Below, piece after piece: positions 11,045 to 24,740 of a DNA stretch of 64,000 nt. Below the pieces are notes generated by a model. That model searched no databases. It worked only from the letters and a program-made list of their open reading frames with translations, and had not been told where the DNA came from. The stretch is from NCBI RefSeq assembly GCF_009834535.1, contig NC_045697.1, positions 46,812,001-46,876,000 on the forward strand, read 5' to 3'. The DNA comes from Camelus ferus (Eukaryota). The number at the start of each line of letters is the position of its first letter. The stretch's first letter is position 1. Position numbers and translations under genes: made by a program.

Positions 11045-14000
11045 CTACATCATAACTAGTAATAAGCATTGTTTTAAATTCACACAAAATTACTCATAAC
11101 TGGCAGGCTTGCCCCTCTAAGGAATATTTATATTTAACTCAGATGAATCGCTGATTGGTAGGATAAACCTTCTTCATCAGTATTCTCCTCCTGTCAACTG
11201 TGAGATCTAAACTGGGACTCTGGGATGTCTTGCTACCTTAGGCCACAGTATTCAAAGGAAAGGAAGAATGCACTTCTTATCTATGAACAAATGAAGGGAC
11301 AGAGTACTAAGAAGAAATGTTTACCTGAAACTTTACTTTCTGCATCTTTCCTTCAATTCTTTCTTGTTCTTTCTCCCACATCTTTGATAATCTTAATGTC
11401 CCAATTTATACATCTATAAAATAGGAATAATTGTAGAGTTGCTATAAGGACTGTAAAGTCGTTACAAGGTTTGAATAAGAAAATTTATGTAAATTACTCA
11501 GACCAATATCCAGAAAATATTAGGTGTACAATAATATTGGTTCCAGTTACTTCCCTTCTAGTTGGTGCATAAACATTTTAGTAAGGCTAATAATTCTAAT
11601 ACAGGACTTTATATTTGAATATCACTTTATACAAAAATCACTTAGTGATCATAAGCTGTTTCTGTCTTCCCTGTCTTCCCTGTTCTTTCCTGATTTATCT
11701 CTGAGTGTGTCCAGGCAAGAGCAGCAGGTACTCAAGTAAAAAGCATGAATGAATGAAATTAAAGGGCTCACAGATGAGGAATAATTGAGCCAATGAAAGT
11801 TCTACAAAACCCCACTTTTTATCATAATGGTAAGACAAGAGTCCTTTACAATCAAAGAATATATGTTATTTTAAGAAGAAATATTCCAGTGCAGTTTTAT
11901 GCCAGTAGTGAAGTCTGTACATATTTCCTCTGTTTTCAAATCTGAAAGCCAAATAATATCTTAATATATTCTTGCACAAAAGGTAAAAATAAGAGGTACG
12001 AATAACCAGGAATGCTTACCAAATCTCTTAATCAAGATGTGTTTCTCCAAATATGACAATGAAAATTAATGTAAAGTAAGAAAACATGATTATCAGTGAA
12101 AAACCAGTAAATTGCAAACCCAGTTTTCACTTTGGAAATACAAGTAAAAAAATATTTGAAATGTTTTAAAAATACACAGTAAAATGCGGTTATCATAGGT
12201 GTTTATGCTTTTTGAAAGGGGAAAAAATGGCTCATAGTGCCATTTCATTCTTTGTGCAGAACAGTCTGTTTTGCCTATTTAAAAAAATGAGCAATAATCT
12301 CCAAGAAATCATTTTGACCAGCATTAATGAGTAGTGTGGTAGTTAACAGCTCGAGGCATAGCCAGAGGCCATTAAGGCTCCAGGGGGGAAAAATGGTTGG
12401 GGGATTGTGGTTTACCTGAATTAACTATAGGTATGAATCAAAACTTCCTAAGAAAAGAGGTAGAAGTTACTCTGGATTATCATCTCGGTGTTTATCTTTT
12501 CATACACCGCCCACCCCCACCTTTTTTAGTAAACAGGAAAAGAGGAGGCTACCATCATTTCTCAAACCAGGTTGGAATTGAAATAATTCATTTAATGAAA
12601 CAGCAACACTCCGGGGACCAATTAATGCCTTTCCAAGCTTAGACTATACAACCATAAGAGCCACTTAAAAAAAAAAAAAAAAAACAAACTCAGTCTAACA
12701 CATTAGTTGATTGTTGGTGAACTGAAACTCAATCATGAGATCATAAGGATTTTTTGGAGCTTTTTTTTTTTCAGTTTTTAATCCTATCTCAATAAAGGTA
12801 AATACATAAGGATTATAAATAAACAAATCTGAAGTAATATAGATTGGGGGAACCTCAAGAGGGTCAGGAGATAATGAAGATTATACCTCAATATTGGGAT
12901 TATGATGTTAGTTCTTTATTTCAATAAAAGTGGATAGAGATCTTTCATATCAGGGACAGGGCTTAGCTGTAAGGACAAAGTAATCTTCTGGGAATTATGC
13001 ATACAGGCTTGACATCATTTTTATTGGATGGCTGATGAACTGGAAAACTCCAGGATAGCCAGGCTTTAATTTGTAATCTTAATTTTCATATAAATCGGTA
13101 CATTTCAGGGGGAGGGAGTCGGGGATGTGGGGGCTTTGATGTTTGCTAGCCTTGTGGTAATAAGACAGCACTGGAGCATGCGCTGCAGTACTAACTCATC
13201 CAGTATCTGATTCTGTCTTTTCCTCTGTCCAGCTGTCTTCCATCTTTACATTTATCATTTAAAGAAATTTACAGCCTGCAAATACCAGAGAAGCTGATGT
13301 TAGTGCAGTCTTTCCTCCACCTTCTCTTGAAATGATCTATAGTAACCTACTTATCATAGACATGCACACTATAATGTACAATAATTTAATCTTCTGCCAG
13401 GAAAATGAATGCAATTGTTTTCCAAGCATGCACTAATAAGGTTTTTTTCCTTCTTTTTATCTTTTTTAAAGGCTACAGGCATGAGAGAATACTAGTTTCC
13501 CTCCATAAAACAATTATCTTGGTGTTTCCCATATATACTTTCATATCTACAGGATTACATAAGGGTAAAGTTATCAAATGAAAGCACAGTAGTGATTTAT
13601 TTGGTCACATAGAAACTTGGCCCATACATTTCCAATATAAAATGCAGGTGCCTTTCACATTGTAAAAGAAGTAAAGTGCTATTTATTAAATGGGATATTT
13701 TAGAAATATATCAATAAAATAGAATTTTCTCTCTAGAGTGTTCTAGTCTCTTACATCATCAGTAAAATTGAATCTTCATGCAAAATTATTATAATCAAAG
13801 ACTATTTGAGTTGAATTGACCATAGAAAACAAGTAATACACAAAGGGGATATTAGTTGTTTACAAGCACATATTTTTACTCTCCCTTTCAAGCTTCTACA
13901 GCTTTTCTTTTCAATTTAAATTTTTTTCTGTTGTCCTTTGTTACCTTGTTATTATCGTAGAGCTATTTTACTTCCTAGTCCAAAAACAATATGCCTTGAC

Positions 14001-14089
14001 GTTGGCCACCTTCTTTCTATATGTCTTGCTTCTTTTGCAGAAATGCTGACATATGTCTTGTCTCTGTTTAGGCTAGAATGATACAAATC

Positions 14090-14500
14090 TTAATCAACTA
14101 ATTAATCCACCCATCCATCTATCCATTATGTCAAGCACTGTATAGAGTGATAGGTATATTTATAGGATTTACAGTATTTTATCTTAAGGAATTAATGACT
14201 TAGTGGGGAGATAGACTTGTAACAACAACAACAATAAAAAATCAAGAAGGCTTCTAGGAAGAAGTCACATTGGGGCTGAGATTTATAGACAAGAAGAGAT
14301 AAGCAAAGCAAAGGCAGTGATGGATAAAAATGGGATAGAACAACATTTGTAAAGTCAGAGCAAATGAAAGGAAATTTGACACATAATGCAGGAATGGAAT
14401 TCACAAGGGTTTATAAAAATGAATATGTTTAGTGAGGTATATAACTTGGTAAATGGTAGAACCTCAAAGGAAAAAATATTGATACAATCTTCAGTTGAAG
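14090..14500 (-). mobile_element. L2 fragment
   Basis: 'atcttaaggaattaatgacttagtggggag...gaaggcttctaggaagaagtcacattggggctgag'. Confidence 0.6.
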
Positions 14501-14649
14501 GTGTGAATCTATTATAACATCGGTTAGCATTAACCCGAACAACGTCAATGAAACTTGTTACAGTGAAAAGACAGCTGAATTTTTTCCCCAAAATTCTAAT
14601 ATTTATGAAATTCCTAAAAAATTCTAATTTTTTAGAACTAGAAAACCTG

Positions 14650-15180
14650 GAACATACAGCTATCCATTCTAGTTCTGTCTTCTTGAACTACACGAAGTAT
14701 GATTAATCTTCTATTCATATTAATATCCTTGAAATATTTGAAGACACCTATAAATTCCTTCAAAGCTCATATCTTAAAATGTTCCTTATTTATAATAGTT
14801 TTTCAAACCTTTTAACATTTTGATTTCTTTTCTCTAGATAAGCTCCAGGTTAGTTTCTTTTATAGTGTGGCATTTGGAATTGACAGTAATAGTCAATGTT
14901 TAGTATTGAGTAAACATTTAGTAGTGAGCAAGGGGGGACTATCCAACAATCTTTCTCATCACTATATTTCTATTATTGTGTCTAACTTGAATTAGATTTT
15001 TTTGGCAGACTTATATTGATAATTCATACAGGACTTTTATTCACCTAAAGTGCTAACATCCTTGCCATGTATGCTTCCATTAAATCACATCTCTGCTGTC
15101 CCCTATTACTATAGATGGATTTTGGAACCAAAATCTAGAACATTACTTTTATCCCTATTTTATCCCTATTTATGTTCATT
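14650..15180 (-). mobile_element. L3/CR1 LINE fragment
   Basis: 'actatatttctattattgtgtctaa...attagattttttggcag...gattttggaaccaaaatctagaacattacttttatccctatt' follows the recalled L3 antisense consensus. Confidence 0.7.
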
Positions 15181-16539
15181 ACTTTCATTACCACTTCCCC
15201 ATATAACAAGTGCCAAGAGGTCTTACATATGATACAGTGTAAAATTTGCCAAAAATGGGTGAATGCAACATTATTATTGTGAACAATAATTCATATTTTA
15301 ATAGTAATTAAACACAAAGGACTAAGGACACACAATACCCAATGAATATCGACAGTTAAAGTAGCTCTTAAGTTTAATAGGTACAAATATTTAAATATTC
15401 AGATATTTCTCTTTATTCTTTAACCACTAACTGGTAGATAGTGGGTAAGAGATATTCATTAAAAGTGGGTTCAGTAGTCTTTTAGAGATTAAATAAATAA
15501 GAATAATATAAACAGAAGCAAGACTTAAATTGAATGATCTAGGCACAATTGAGATTTTTGTAGCCAATTTAACTTTAGTTTGATTATTTCTCAGTTTTAC
15601 TATGGTTTCTGAATATATACTTAGACCTTAACTTGACTTTTTCAGATATTGAAGAGGAGATCTAGAACTTAGCCTGAAAGCAGATACTTTTAGTGAGTGT
15701 CCAGTTCTGAGGGCCTCAGAACTTCACATGAAACCTGATTGTTTTACTATTAAAATCTTTAATCACAGTATTATAATATGAACATTATCTATACTGAAGT
15801 TCATGGATGCAATCTAATAAAGTTACTGGAATTAAAAAAAAATAAAGTGGGTTCATTCATTGGCAAACTCCTGCCCTCTATAGATAGTGAAGATGGATAA
15901 AATATAAAAAAGAATGACCAAAACAACTTAGCCAGGTTCAATATTCAATAGTAAGATAAACATCTTTGTGGACCATAAAAACCAAAACACATGAGCACCA
16001 TGAGCCACAGATCTGGGAGCAGACAGCAGCAGAAAAGCATCCTTTGGGATGATAGGAAATGAAAAAGGTCCAGGGCAATCAGGTAACTGGAGTCAGTATC
16101 TCCTGATAAAAGGCTGAAAAAAGTGTTGTCAACTTGATGGTTCAGATAACAGATTTACAGGGAGTTGGGTAGTGGGGAAAAATATATAGCCTAATGCCTA
16201 GAAACTAAGCCATTTCTGACATCTCATAGTAATGCCCTGGCAGAGCAGAAAGAATAAGGCCTGGTTGTAGTCATGGACTGTGTCTGTGAGGAGGCAGATT
16301 TGTCACTGTCAAAACATTGGACAGAAAGACAAGAGTAAACAAAAACTTAATACAAACAGACAACAAGAGTAACAAACAGGACATGTATTCCTTCCAGAAA
16401 AAAATACAAATGTACAAAATATCACAGTAAATATAACTGTATTATCAGACTGAATACACACACACACACACATACACAGTTTGGCAATATGCTGCTTATA
16501 GGAAACGTATCTATATACCATTTGGCCTATTTCTCCAGT

Positions 16540-16830
16540 AACCTAAATACTCGCCAATAGGTTCATGTAAAAAATGTCCACTGTGTCAGGGATGGAGACT
16601 ACATATGAGCTGAACAACATGATTTTCCTCTCACCAAAGCCGATCTGACTACCACCACTGTCAAATGCCCAACACGGTAGCAGGCTGATCACTGTGTATC
16701 CCTTCTCTCATGGAAGGTATAGCAATTTGCCTTTATAGAAACATAAACTTATTCTGGATATGAATTTCCCTCCTAGTCTACAGCACTTCTGCCAATACCA
16801 TTATTTATAAACTTGAAGAATGCCTCATTC
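16540..16830 (+). mobile_element. ERVL/MaLR internal fragment (integrase-region remnant)
   Basis: 'caacatgattttcctctcaccaaagccgatctgactaccaccactgtcaaatgccca' and 'acttattctggatatgaatttccc...cacttctgccaa' resemble ERVL integrase-coding DNA. No open frame remains. Confidence 0.75.
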
Positions 16831-16849
16831 TTTGCTAACGTATCCTGGA

Positions 16850-17013
16850 AACAGTTTCCTCCTCTTGCCCCTTCAGGCCCAGAAGTGCTAGTGGCTTCGT
16901 GGTGTTGCTACATCACCCCTTGTTCATCTCTGGTGTTCTTCTCAGGCCTTTATAATCAGACCTTCATTAAAATCTCTTCAGTCACCCTTTTTGAGCATGT
17001 CATCTGTTCCTGA
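16850..17013 (+). mobile_element. ERVL LTR 3' part (LTR33/LTR41-like)
   Basis: 'cttgccccttcaggccc...ccttcattaaaatctcttca...ttgagcatgtcatctgttcctg'. Confidence 0.7.
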
Positions 17014-17029
17014 CACCACCAACATCAAT

Positions 17030-19150
17030 CTACCTTTATATCTCTAAATATCCCTATATCTCTATTTACAAGTTTTAAATAATATCTCTATCTTATGATA
17101 AGCATATTTATTCCACCTCTTACTGCTCCCTCCTCATTTACTTACTTTTGTTGGATATATAATTTCTATATGGTCTAATTTTTGACATTTACAGTCTAAT
17201 TTTTACCATAATTCTCACATTTGTTTTGATCTTAGTTGCAGGGACAATGGATTCAATTCCCATAATCAATCTTTTTGTTGTAGTTTCTCCATCTATCAAA
17301 GGAAGGCTGAAGTTAAAAAGAACTTAAAAACTTATATTCCCTGAGTTCCTGTACGTTCAAAATTGTTGCCTTTATGTTGAATTGCAGTTTGTCTAGGTAT
17401 AAAGATTCTTGAGCCACTCTTTTTTCAAGACTTATTTGGCTATGATTGTTTTACAGTTTTGAGTATTGCTATAGGGAAATCTGAGGCTGTCCTGCATTTT
17501 TCCACTTTAAATATCTTAATCTTTTTATCTGGATGCAGGCTATAAATAAATATATATTGAACTATGAAACTTTACTAGGATAGGTTTGAGTATTGATCAT
17601 CTGTGCTATTTTTTTCTCTTGGCTGTGGTATATGCATCCCATCTGTAGGTTCAACTTTTATTTTTGATAAGTTATCTTGAGTTACATCTTTAAATATTTG
17701 TTTGGTTACATTATTTTCGTTCTCTTTGTCCATGACACTGATTTGCATGTCTTCCATATCTATTCTTTTCTCTCTTATCTTTTAAAACTATATTTTAATT
17801 TCATATTATACCTTTTCTAATTCCTACCATTAATTGTGCCTGTGTTTTCAGAAGAATCTATTTTCCTTTGTGCTGCTTCCAGTCTGGCTCATTTCTATAG
17901 TGTTTAATTTCTGAGCTTTGCCGTTTTCATTGTCTTAGGATCTTTGCAAAAAATAGATGGCACACTCAAATTGAAGAAAATTACTAAAGGGGTTGCTTAT
18001 AAAGGTGAAGGCAGAATGCAGGGAGCACATGAGGGTTAGTGCAGTACCCCCTTGGGGGCCACTGTTACTGACTATAGGTCTGAAGGGGCAAAGGGAGGGA
18101 GTAGTAACTGGAACCCAAAGACAGAGCCATTTAAAAGTCTCTCCTTACTTAGTCAAAGGACCCAGCCAGCCCAGTATGACCCCACTAGGGGACCCAAGGG
18201 AATAACGACCTAGTCTCCTCACCCCCTCCATCCTGCTTCTAGTACTCTCAGTTGGCCAAGCCCAACTAGAAGCTAGGGAAAAGGAAGCCTTTTGAATAGT
18301 TCAGAGGTCAGCTTCCTGGAGAACGGATCAGTATAAAGAAGAGTAAGGAGTGTCTCTAGAGGGGCATCTTTCCTGAGCTCTTATATACGTACTGTCTCAT
18401 TAAGGGTTTTTACTAATTCTTGATGACATATGTGGTCATAATTTTTATCACCTCCTTGGTGTATTTTTCTTGGTGAATGTTCTTCTCCTAATATTTGGGT
18501 TTTTTTTTTTTTCTGTTTTCTGTATTTTTCTGTTTCTTTACCTCTTTTTTCCCCCTGCAATAGCCTTGTTTAAAGTCTCTGCTGGTTCCTGTTATGATCA
18601 CTCATCTTTCAAATGATCACCCTCCCTATCAGCATTCTGGGATTTGATGGAAGAGTGGATAAAGCTATGGTGCAGACTCCCCGCAGTTCTGCTAATGACA
18701 GAGCGGCCTGGGCTCATGGCTGAATTTAGCTGTTACATCTTCCCTGCTAACAAACTGCAGCACTGCTTACAATATAAAGGGTCTCGTCTCCTTTTTCCTA
18801 CGACCAGAGGTTACTTTCTGTGAATATGGGTTGTTCATGTGATTCCACAGTTGACCCTGACTTCACTTCCAAGCATCCAGAGATGTTCCCTGTTCCCATT
18901 GTTGTAAATAAAATATGTATTATTTAAATTTCACCGTTGCATACTTATTTCAGAGAGCTGTGTTGAGCTTTTGCTGAGCTCTGTCACTATACAGGTCTTC
19001 TCTTCACATGCTCATCTGTCCCAGCTGGCCTTTACTGCTTTTGGCAGTTCCTTTTTTCCTACTTTGTTATAATTGTTTGAGGTTTCATATATCTCCCAGT
19101 TCTATCAGAGATCAAGTTTGCATTACTTTTTTCTCCTCTTTCTTTTTTGG
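17030..19150 (-). mobile_element. Old L1M fragments, interrupted by the LTR at 17.9-18.4 kb
   Basis: T-rich degenerate L1 antisense, e.g. 'gcagtttgtctaggtataaagattcttgag' and 'attgctatagggaaatctgaggct'. Confidence 0.55.
17930..18365 (-). mobile_element. ERVL LTR (LTR33/LTR41-like)
   Basis: 'agatggcacactcaaa...gtgcagtaccc...taggtctgaaggggcaaagggaggga...ttggccaagcccaactagaagc'. Confidence 0.75.
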
Positions 19151-20130
19151 TTCTTGGATGATTTTTTTTAATAAAAGAATTCATAGACCTCAATCCATCA
19201 TTTTTAAACCAGAAATCACAGGTACACTTTTGATCTTCTGACAATCACATGCGTAAAGAACACATAAGGTTCATGTCCTACCATGTAAAAGAAAAAATTC
19301 CTGGCCAAAGCTAAAAACACATCTCATTACACTAAAGAACAGTTTTCAAGTGCTGAGTATATCTAAAAGACTCTAGTTTAAGATTTTCTCTATGGTTTAG
19401 AGGTGTTTTCATCTTTCAAAGATAAATCATCTGTTCCTAAGCCTGTTTTCCTTTGTGTTCTGAAGTCTTCCTAGATGCACAGTCTTCTGAAATGCCAAAA
19501 TACTACCTTCAGAGCAGAAAATAGATTCTCCCAATCATATCTTATCCTCTTATCCTCCAAAGCTCCCAATTTGCCAGTGAAGGAACATGAAAGTTGATAA
19601 AGATAAATTCTGTGACCGTAATCCCAATTGGGAGGTACACTCATCTCTTTAACAGCTCTGTCAACTTGGATTTATCTTCATGGAAGGCATATAAAGCATC
19701 GTTTACATAAATAATACAGAGCTTTGAGTTGGACAAATATCAGGGATGAGTAACTGCCCTGGAGTAGACCTATTAAATCAATCACTGGGGCTCAGACAAT
19801 CAGCAAAGCATTGACTATAGCCATACAAAACCCGATCACAACATAATCTTCCTCTGCTACTTGATGAGGTAACAAAATATGCCGTGTTCATTGAACAGCT
19901 GCTTTCATAAGGAGAGCAATAATGAAAAAAATCTCCCGGAACCTTTAGTACTTGCACATGGAAACAAGATTTCCAGTGAGAAAATTAAAATGCCAACAAG
20001 ATTTATACTTACCTATGTAGATGTCCTACAATCTTAGACATGTTCCATTACTTTTAAAGTGCAAGAAGGAGAAACAATGTCATTTTTTAAAGTACTGTTA
20101 TTGAAATATAAAAGTAATAGGCATGGTTCC

Positions 20131-20508
20131 TATTATGGGCTGAATTATGCGCATCCCCCCGGTTCACCTGTTGAAGTTCTAACCAACAACACTTCAGAGT
20201 AAGACTCTCCTTAGACACAGGGTCTTTAAAAGAGGTAATGAAGTTAAAATGAGGTCATTAGAATTTGCCCTAATCAATATGACTGAGCCCTAATCCTTAT
20301 GAGAAGAGGAGATTAGAACACAGACACACACAGAGGGAAGACCGTGTGAATATACGGGAGGAAGACAGCCATCTGCAAGCCATGAAGAGAGACCTTAGAA
20401 GAAACCAACCCTGCCAACACCTTGATCTCGGACTCTGAACCACCAGAACTGTGAGAAAATAAGTCTCCCAGTCTGTGGTACTTTGTTACGGCAGCCCTAG
20501 CAAACACA
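20131..20508 (+). mobile_element. MaLR solo LTR (MLT1A-like)
   Basis: 'tatgggctgaattatg...aagttaaaatgaggtcattag...aaccaaccctgccaacaccttgatctcggact...ccagaactgtgagaaaata...gtggtactttgttacggcagcccta'. Confidence 0.92.
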
Positions 20509-22354
20509 CTCCTCTTTCTCTTTTTAAGGTAAATAAGGAAATGAAGATAGAAAGGCCCAAAGTTAAGTCATCTCTATCTTGCCTAGACAAAATCCTGACA
20601 GTTGGTGTAAACATCCAGTTTTTCAGTGATTGCCTATGGAAATCAATGTTCCTTTAATTGCTTAAACTTTGGCTGTGAATATTCTCTCATCACATCCACT
20701 CTGTTAAGAAGAGTGAAATGTCACATAACTAGTTGGAAAGGGGCTTGCCAGAGCTGCATAAAGCAAGCATGAAACCATATTCCCGATAGAAAAATCTGTT
20801 ACAAATGAGTTAACTGAAGAAGTAGACATGTAAGTAGTGTCTGCTAATTGATTTCAAAGTGGGTATAAAGAAGAGGTATGTGTAAATTACTAGGGAAAAA
20901 ATGAAGGAAAATAGCTTTTCAAAGATTACAGGGTTATGACACTTCAGATTCTTTGAATAGTACCTACAAACTAAGGAAAAGAGGCCTTGTTTGAGATCCT
21001 CTTACTAAAGATGACATTTTTTTACCTTCCTCAAGCATTCTATCCCTCTAAGTGTCCTTATAATGAATAAATAAATGATAATATCACATCTCCTTGCTTC
21101 TACATTTATATGAAAAGTGTCCCCATTTCACTGCTTCCTAGCAAATGAGAGCAAGAAGTGAAATAAAGTCTTTGGGAATCAAGACATCACTCACATGAAA
21201 CAAACATGGGCCGGCACCCTACTCAGATGTACATCTTAGGAAGAAGGCCCTGTTGACTTGCTCCATGCTGGCTTTTCATGAGCACATGAACAGTCTTTCA
21301 AATGATTTGAGAAATTTTAAGCACATCAAAATCTATTCAATCTAGATCTCAGAATAACCAAAATGGACTAATGACCATGGGACTGTAGCAGTGGTAATGT
21401 TATACTTTGAGAAATACATGGAATATAAGCAAATTTTTTAAAAAGCAGTATGATAATAATGGCCTTGTTTTCCAAGATTTCTTGGACTAATCTTTAAGAT
21501 CTATGAAAAGTGTTTTGTTTTTTTTCTTCAGTTACTAAGCACCACTTCATTTCATGCATGTTGGGGAAGGGGTCTCTTTTTGAAGATAAACTCCACCCAT
21601 GGTAGTGCTGACATATTTGGTCACGTGTCAGACATGACATAGAAAAGACATGGGTCAGTCCCAGCAGCTTTCTCTACATGAAGAACCTAAGAACATCCTG
21701 AGAAAGAATTCACCCCGTGAGGAGAGGCTACTGCTGCAATGACAGAGAGATGCCAACCTGGTGACAGTGTCTTAGTGCAATGTGCTGGGGCTGGGGGCCA
21801 GTTGAGGGAGGAAGGAAAGTACACTCTCTGTTCCTGGGCTTCTGTTCAACTATGTCTGTTCCTTGCCACAGGAGGCCTGGGCTCTCAATACTACCCCTGT
21901 TTATTGACAAAGTACTTTTAATTTGCACCCAAGCAGGTACGGCACACTCACTACATTAGGGCAAGGGGCTCAGAAGCGGGTTCCCAGACCAGTCTTACAA
22001 TTTGCCTGAAACCAGCCCTCCTCTGTCACTTCCTAGGCTCAAGTGTTGTGTTAAATCCAAGTCTCTCACAAACATACCTTCTAGGAAGTATGTCCATATA
22101 AGAACCCCAAACCAGGATATTTTTGAGAATGAAATAGGGCACTAAAAGTAGTTAAAATTATTTAATTTCTTCAAAATATATATATTGACTTACAATTTGG
22201 TTTATTATATTGGCTGTCCAAGTGAAATATTTCTATTAACAGCTCTTTTTGAAAATAAAATTCATGCTAAAAATATAAAAATAACATTTGTATATTAAAG
22301 CAAAAGAAAAATGTCTTTATATTAACTATCTGAACATTCAAAAGTAAACAGGTT

Positions 22355-22555
22355 ATCCTGCCCTTTGCAACATCGTGGATGTGCCTTGAGGGTATCATGC
22401 TAAGTAAAATAAGTCAGAGAAAGACGAATATTGTATGATCTCACTTATACGTGGAATCTAAAAATATCGAATTCGTAGAAACAGAACAGATTGGTGGTTG
22501 CCAGAGGTGGGAACTGGGGCATGGGGGAAATGGGTGAAGGTGATCAAAAAAAAAA
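22355..22555 (+). mobile_element. L1 (L1MA/MB-like) ORF2-end/3'UTR fragment
   Basis: 'catgctaagtaaaataagtcagagaaagac...ctcacttatacgtggaatctaaa...gtggttgccagagg' followed by an A-run. Confidence 0.88.
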
Positions 22556-22976
22556 GCTAGTTATTATTGGTTCATATTCACATTCTTTAGTTTCTTAGCT
22601 GTATCTGGCTCTTACACTGTGTCATGGGCACTTTTCTAAAGAATATATTTTTTCAATATTATATTATTTTAATCATTTAATAAAACTGCCTGCAAATTTC
22701 TCTAAAATTGCATTTTGTGATTAATAAAATTAAAATTGTTGACACTCAATTGATTCCTCTGTAGACTATAATATTTTTCGTTGAGAAAATGCTATCTACA
22801 GGTACTGAGGCTCTTAAATAAGAGGAAATTCTGCTAAATAGAGGATATCCTCAATTTTAATTGTATTAAAGTATGTAACTATCTCAGCCCAAATATTTTA
22901 ACAATTAAAAGAGAAAAGAAGGGCAAGGAAAAATAAATGACAGATGAAGAATTCTCACTAAGAAAAATATGCCATG

Positions 22977-23620
22977 ATATATCTGGAAAAGACAAAAACT
23001 AATTCGAAAAGATACATGCACCCCAGTGTTCACAGCAGCACTATTTACAATAGCCAAGACATGGAAACAACCTAAATGTCCATCAACAGACTATTGGATA
23101 AAGAAGATGTGGTATACATTCCATAAATGGAATATTACTGAGCCATAAAGAGAATGAAATATTGCCATTTGCAGCAAAATGGATGGGTCTGGAGATCGTC
23201 ATTCTAAATGAAGTAAGCCAGAAAGAGAAAGAAAAATACCATATGATATAACTTATATGTGGAATCTAGAAAACAGGCAGATGAACTTATTTCCACAACA
23301 GAAACAGAAACAGACTCACAAGACATAGAAAACAAATTTGTGGTTACCAGAGGGGAAAGAGGAGGGGAGGAAAGAGGAGTATGGTATTAACAGATATATA
23401 CTACTATATATAAAATGGTTAAGCAACAAGGATTTACTGTGTAACACAAGGAACTATATTCAATATCTTGTAATATATAATGGAAAAGAATATGAAAGGG
23501 AATTCATATATGTATATGTATATATATATATATTTATATATCTGAGTCACTTTGCTACATACCTGAAACTAACACAATATTGTAAGTCAACTATACTTCA
23601 ATTAAAAAAAAAAAGGAAGA
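22977..23620 (+). mobile_element. Young 5'-truncated L1 (ORF2 end, 3'UTR, A-tail) with 17-bp TSD
   Basis: L1 sequence 'gatacatgcaccccagtgttcacagcagcactatttacaatagccaagacatgg' and an A-tail near 23604. Exact TSD AAGAAAAATATGCCATG at 22960-22976 and 23621-23637. Confidence 0.95.
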
Positions 23621-24469
23621 AAGAAAAATATGCCATGGAGCAGAAGAAAATGATGGCCAAATATATCAACCTGAACCTTAAAAAAATCAATAAAACAATC
23701 ATATCTTAAAAACAAAAGCATAATGTAGAGATAAAAGAACTCATGGAAGACCTGGTGATCTCCCTCTCAGTCTGGGCCATCTAATTCATTAGAGGCATTC
23801 TAATTATTTTGACCCTTAAAGTGAAAGGTCTGTGTTTTCATACATAGAAAGAAGGCTACCTGGTTTCTTTGCAAAGCTTTCAACTTATGCCCAGTAAGTT
23901 TTAAACCTTTCAAGGAGTATGAAAGAGAGATATCATTCATTATCCAAGTCAAAAGAATATTGGTTATATTCTCCCCCAAAACAATTGGGGAAGCATTACT
24001 GATTTAGTTCTAAAATGTCATCCAAATGGTTTTTCTCAGACCAGAGTCTATCTGCTGAAAGAAACCTTCCTGAATTCAGTAGCAGAGGGAGAACAGCTAG
24101 CTACATTGCAATGGCAATCTTCTTTTCCTCTCCCCTTAAGTACCACCTCAGCCAATCCCCCAACTATGTTATCTTTAGCATCGTACTGCTTAATAAAGGA
24201 AGAAATGACCAGATTTGCATCTGAAAATAAAGTTTGAGAAAAGTTAGTGACTGCATTGTTTTCCCAATGATTTATGTCTTTAGTAGAAATGATCTTGTAA
24301 ATTTACCTCTCTTGTTTCCTTACCAATTAGGGATGATTTTGCATGCTTTAAAAAAGTATTTGTTGTGAGGTGCATATGAAAAAAGTTTTGAGAAAACAGG
24401 GGTGAAAAGAGAAGAATGTGTACAAATAAAAAAGTCAAGATGGCACACATATTACTTTGGGCATATTTT

Positions 24470-24740
24470 AAATAGCTATAACAAAAAGACCTGAAATGTC
24501 AATGGCTCAAAAAACAGTTTTCTTTCTTTCTTAGTTAAAGGTCCAGCATGCATTTGCAGGCTAACGAGGACGTTCTTTCCCTATAAAGCTCTTGTTACCC
24601 TTCCATTTCTTAGGATGTTCTTCTCTGCTCTGGATAAGGTTGGATCTAGTCCAAGTTCTGTCTTGTAAGAAGGGAGGAGATGAAGTGGCAGGCAGGCAAG
24701 TTCTTCTTTAAATCACATTACTTGGAAGTAGCACATAACA
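24470..24740 (-). mobile_element. MLT1-type LTR fragment
   Basis: 'tagctataacaaaaagacctgaaatgtcaatggctcaaa...ggaagtagcacataaca'. Confidence 0.5.

Noticed and set aside
20013..20100. Strong minus-strand donor TAG|GTAAGT
   Set aside because: The plausible upstream acceptors give stops in all frames.
23338..23709. 123-aa ORF
   Set aside because: Lies in the L1 3'UTR, a (TA)n run and the A-tail; the composition is an artefact.
24048..24220. Minus-strand acceptor followed by a ~57-codon open frame (DANLVISSFIKQY...)
   Set aside because: No convincing donor and no recognisable protein.
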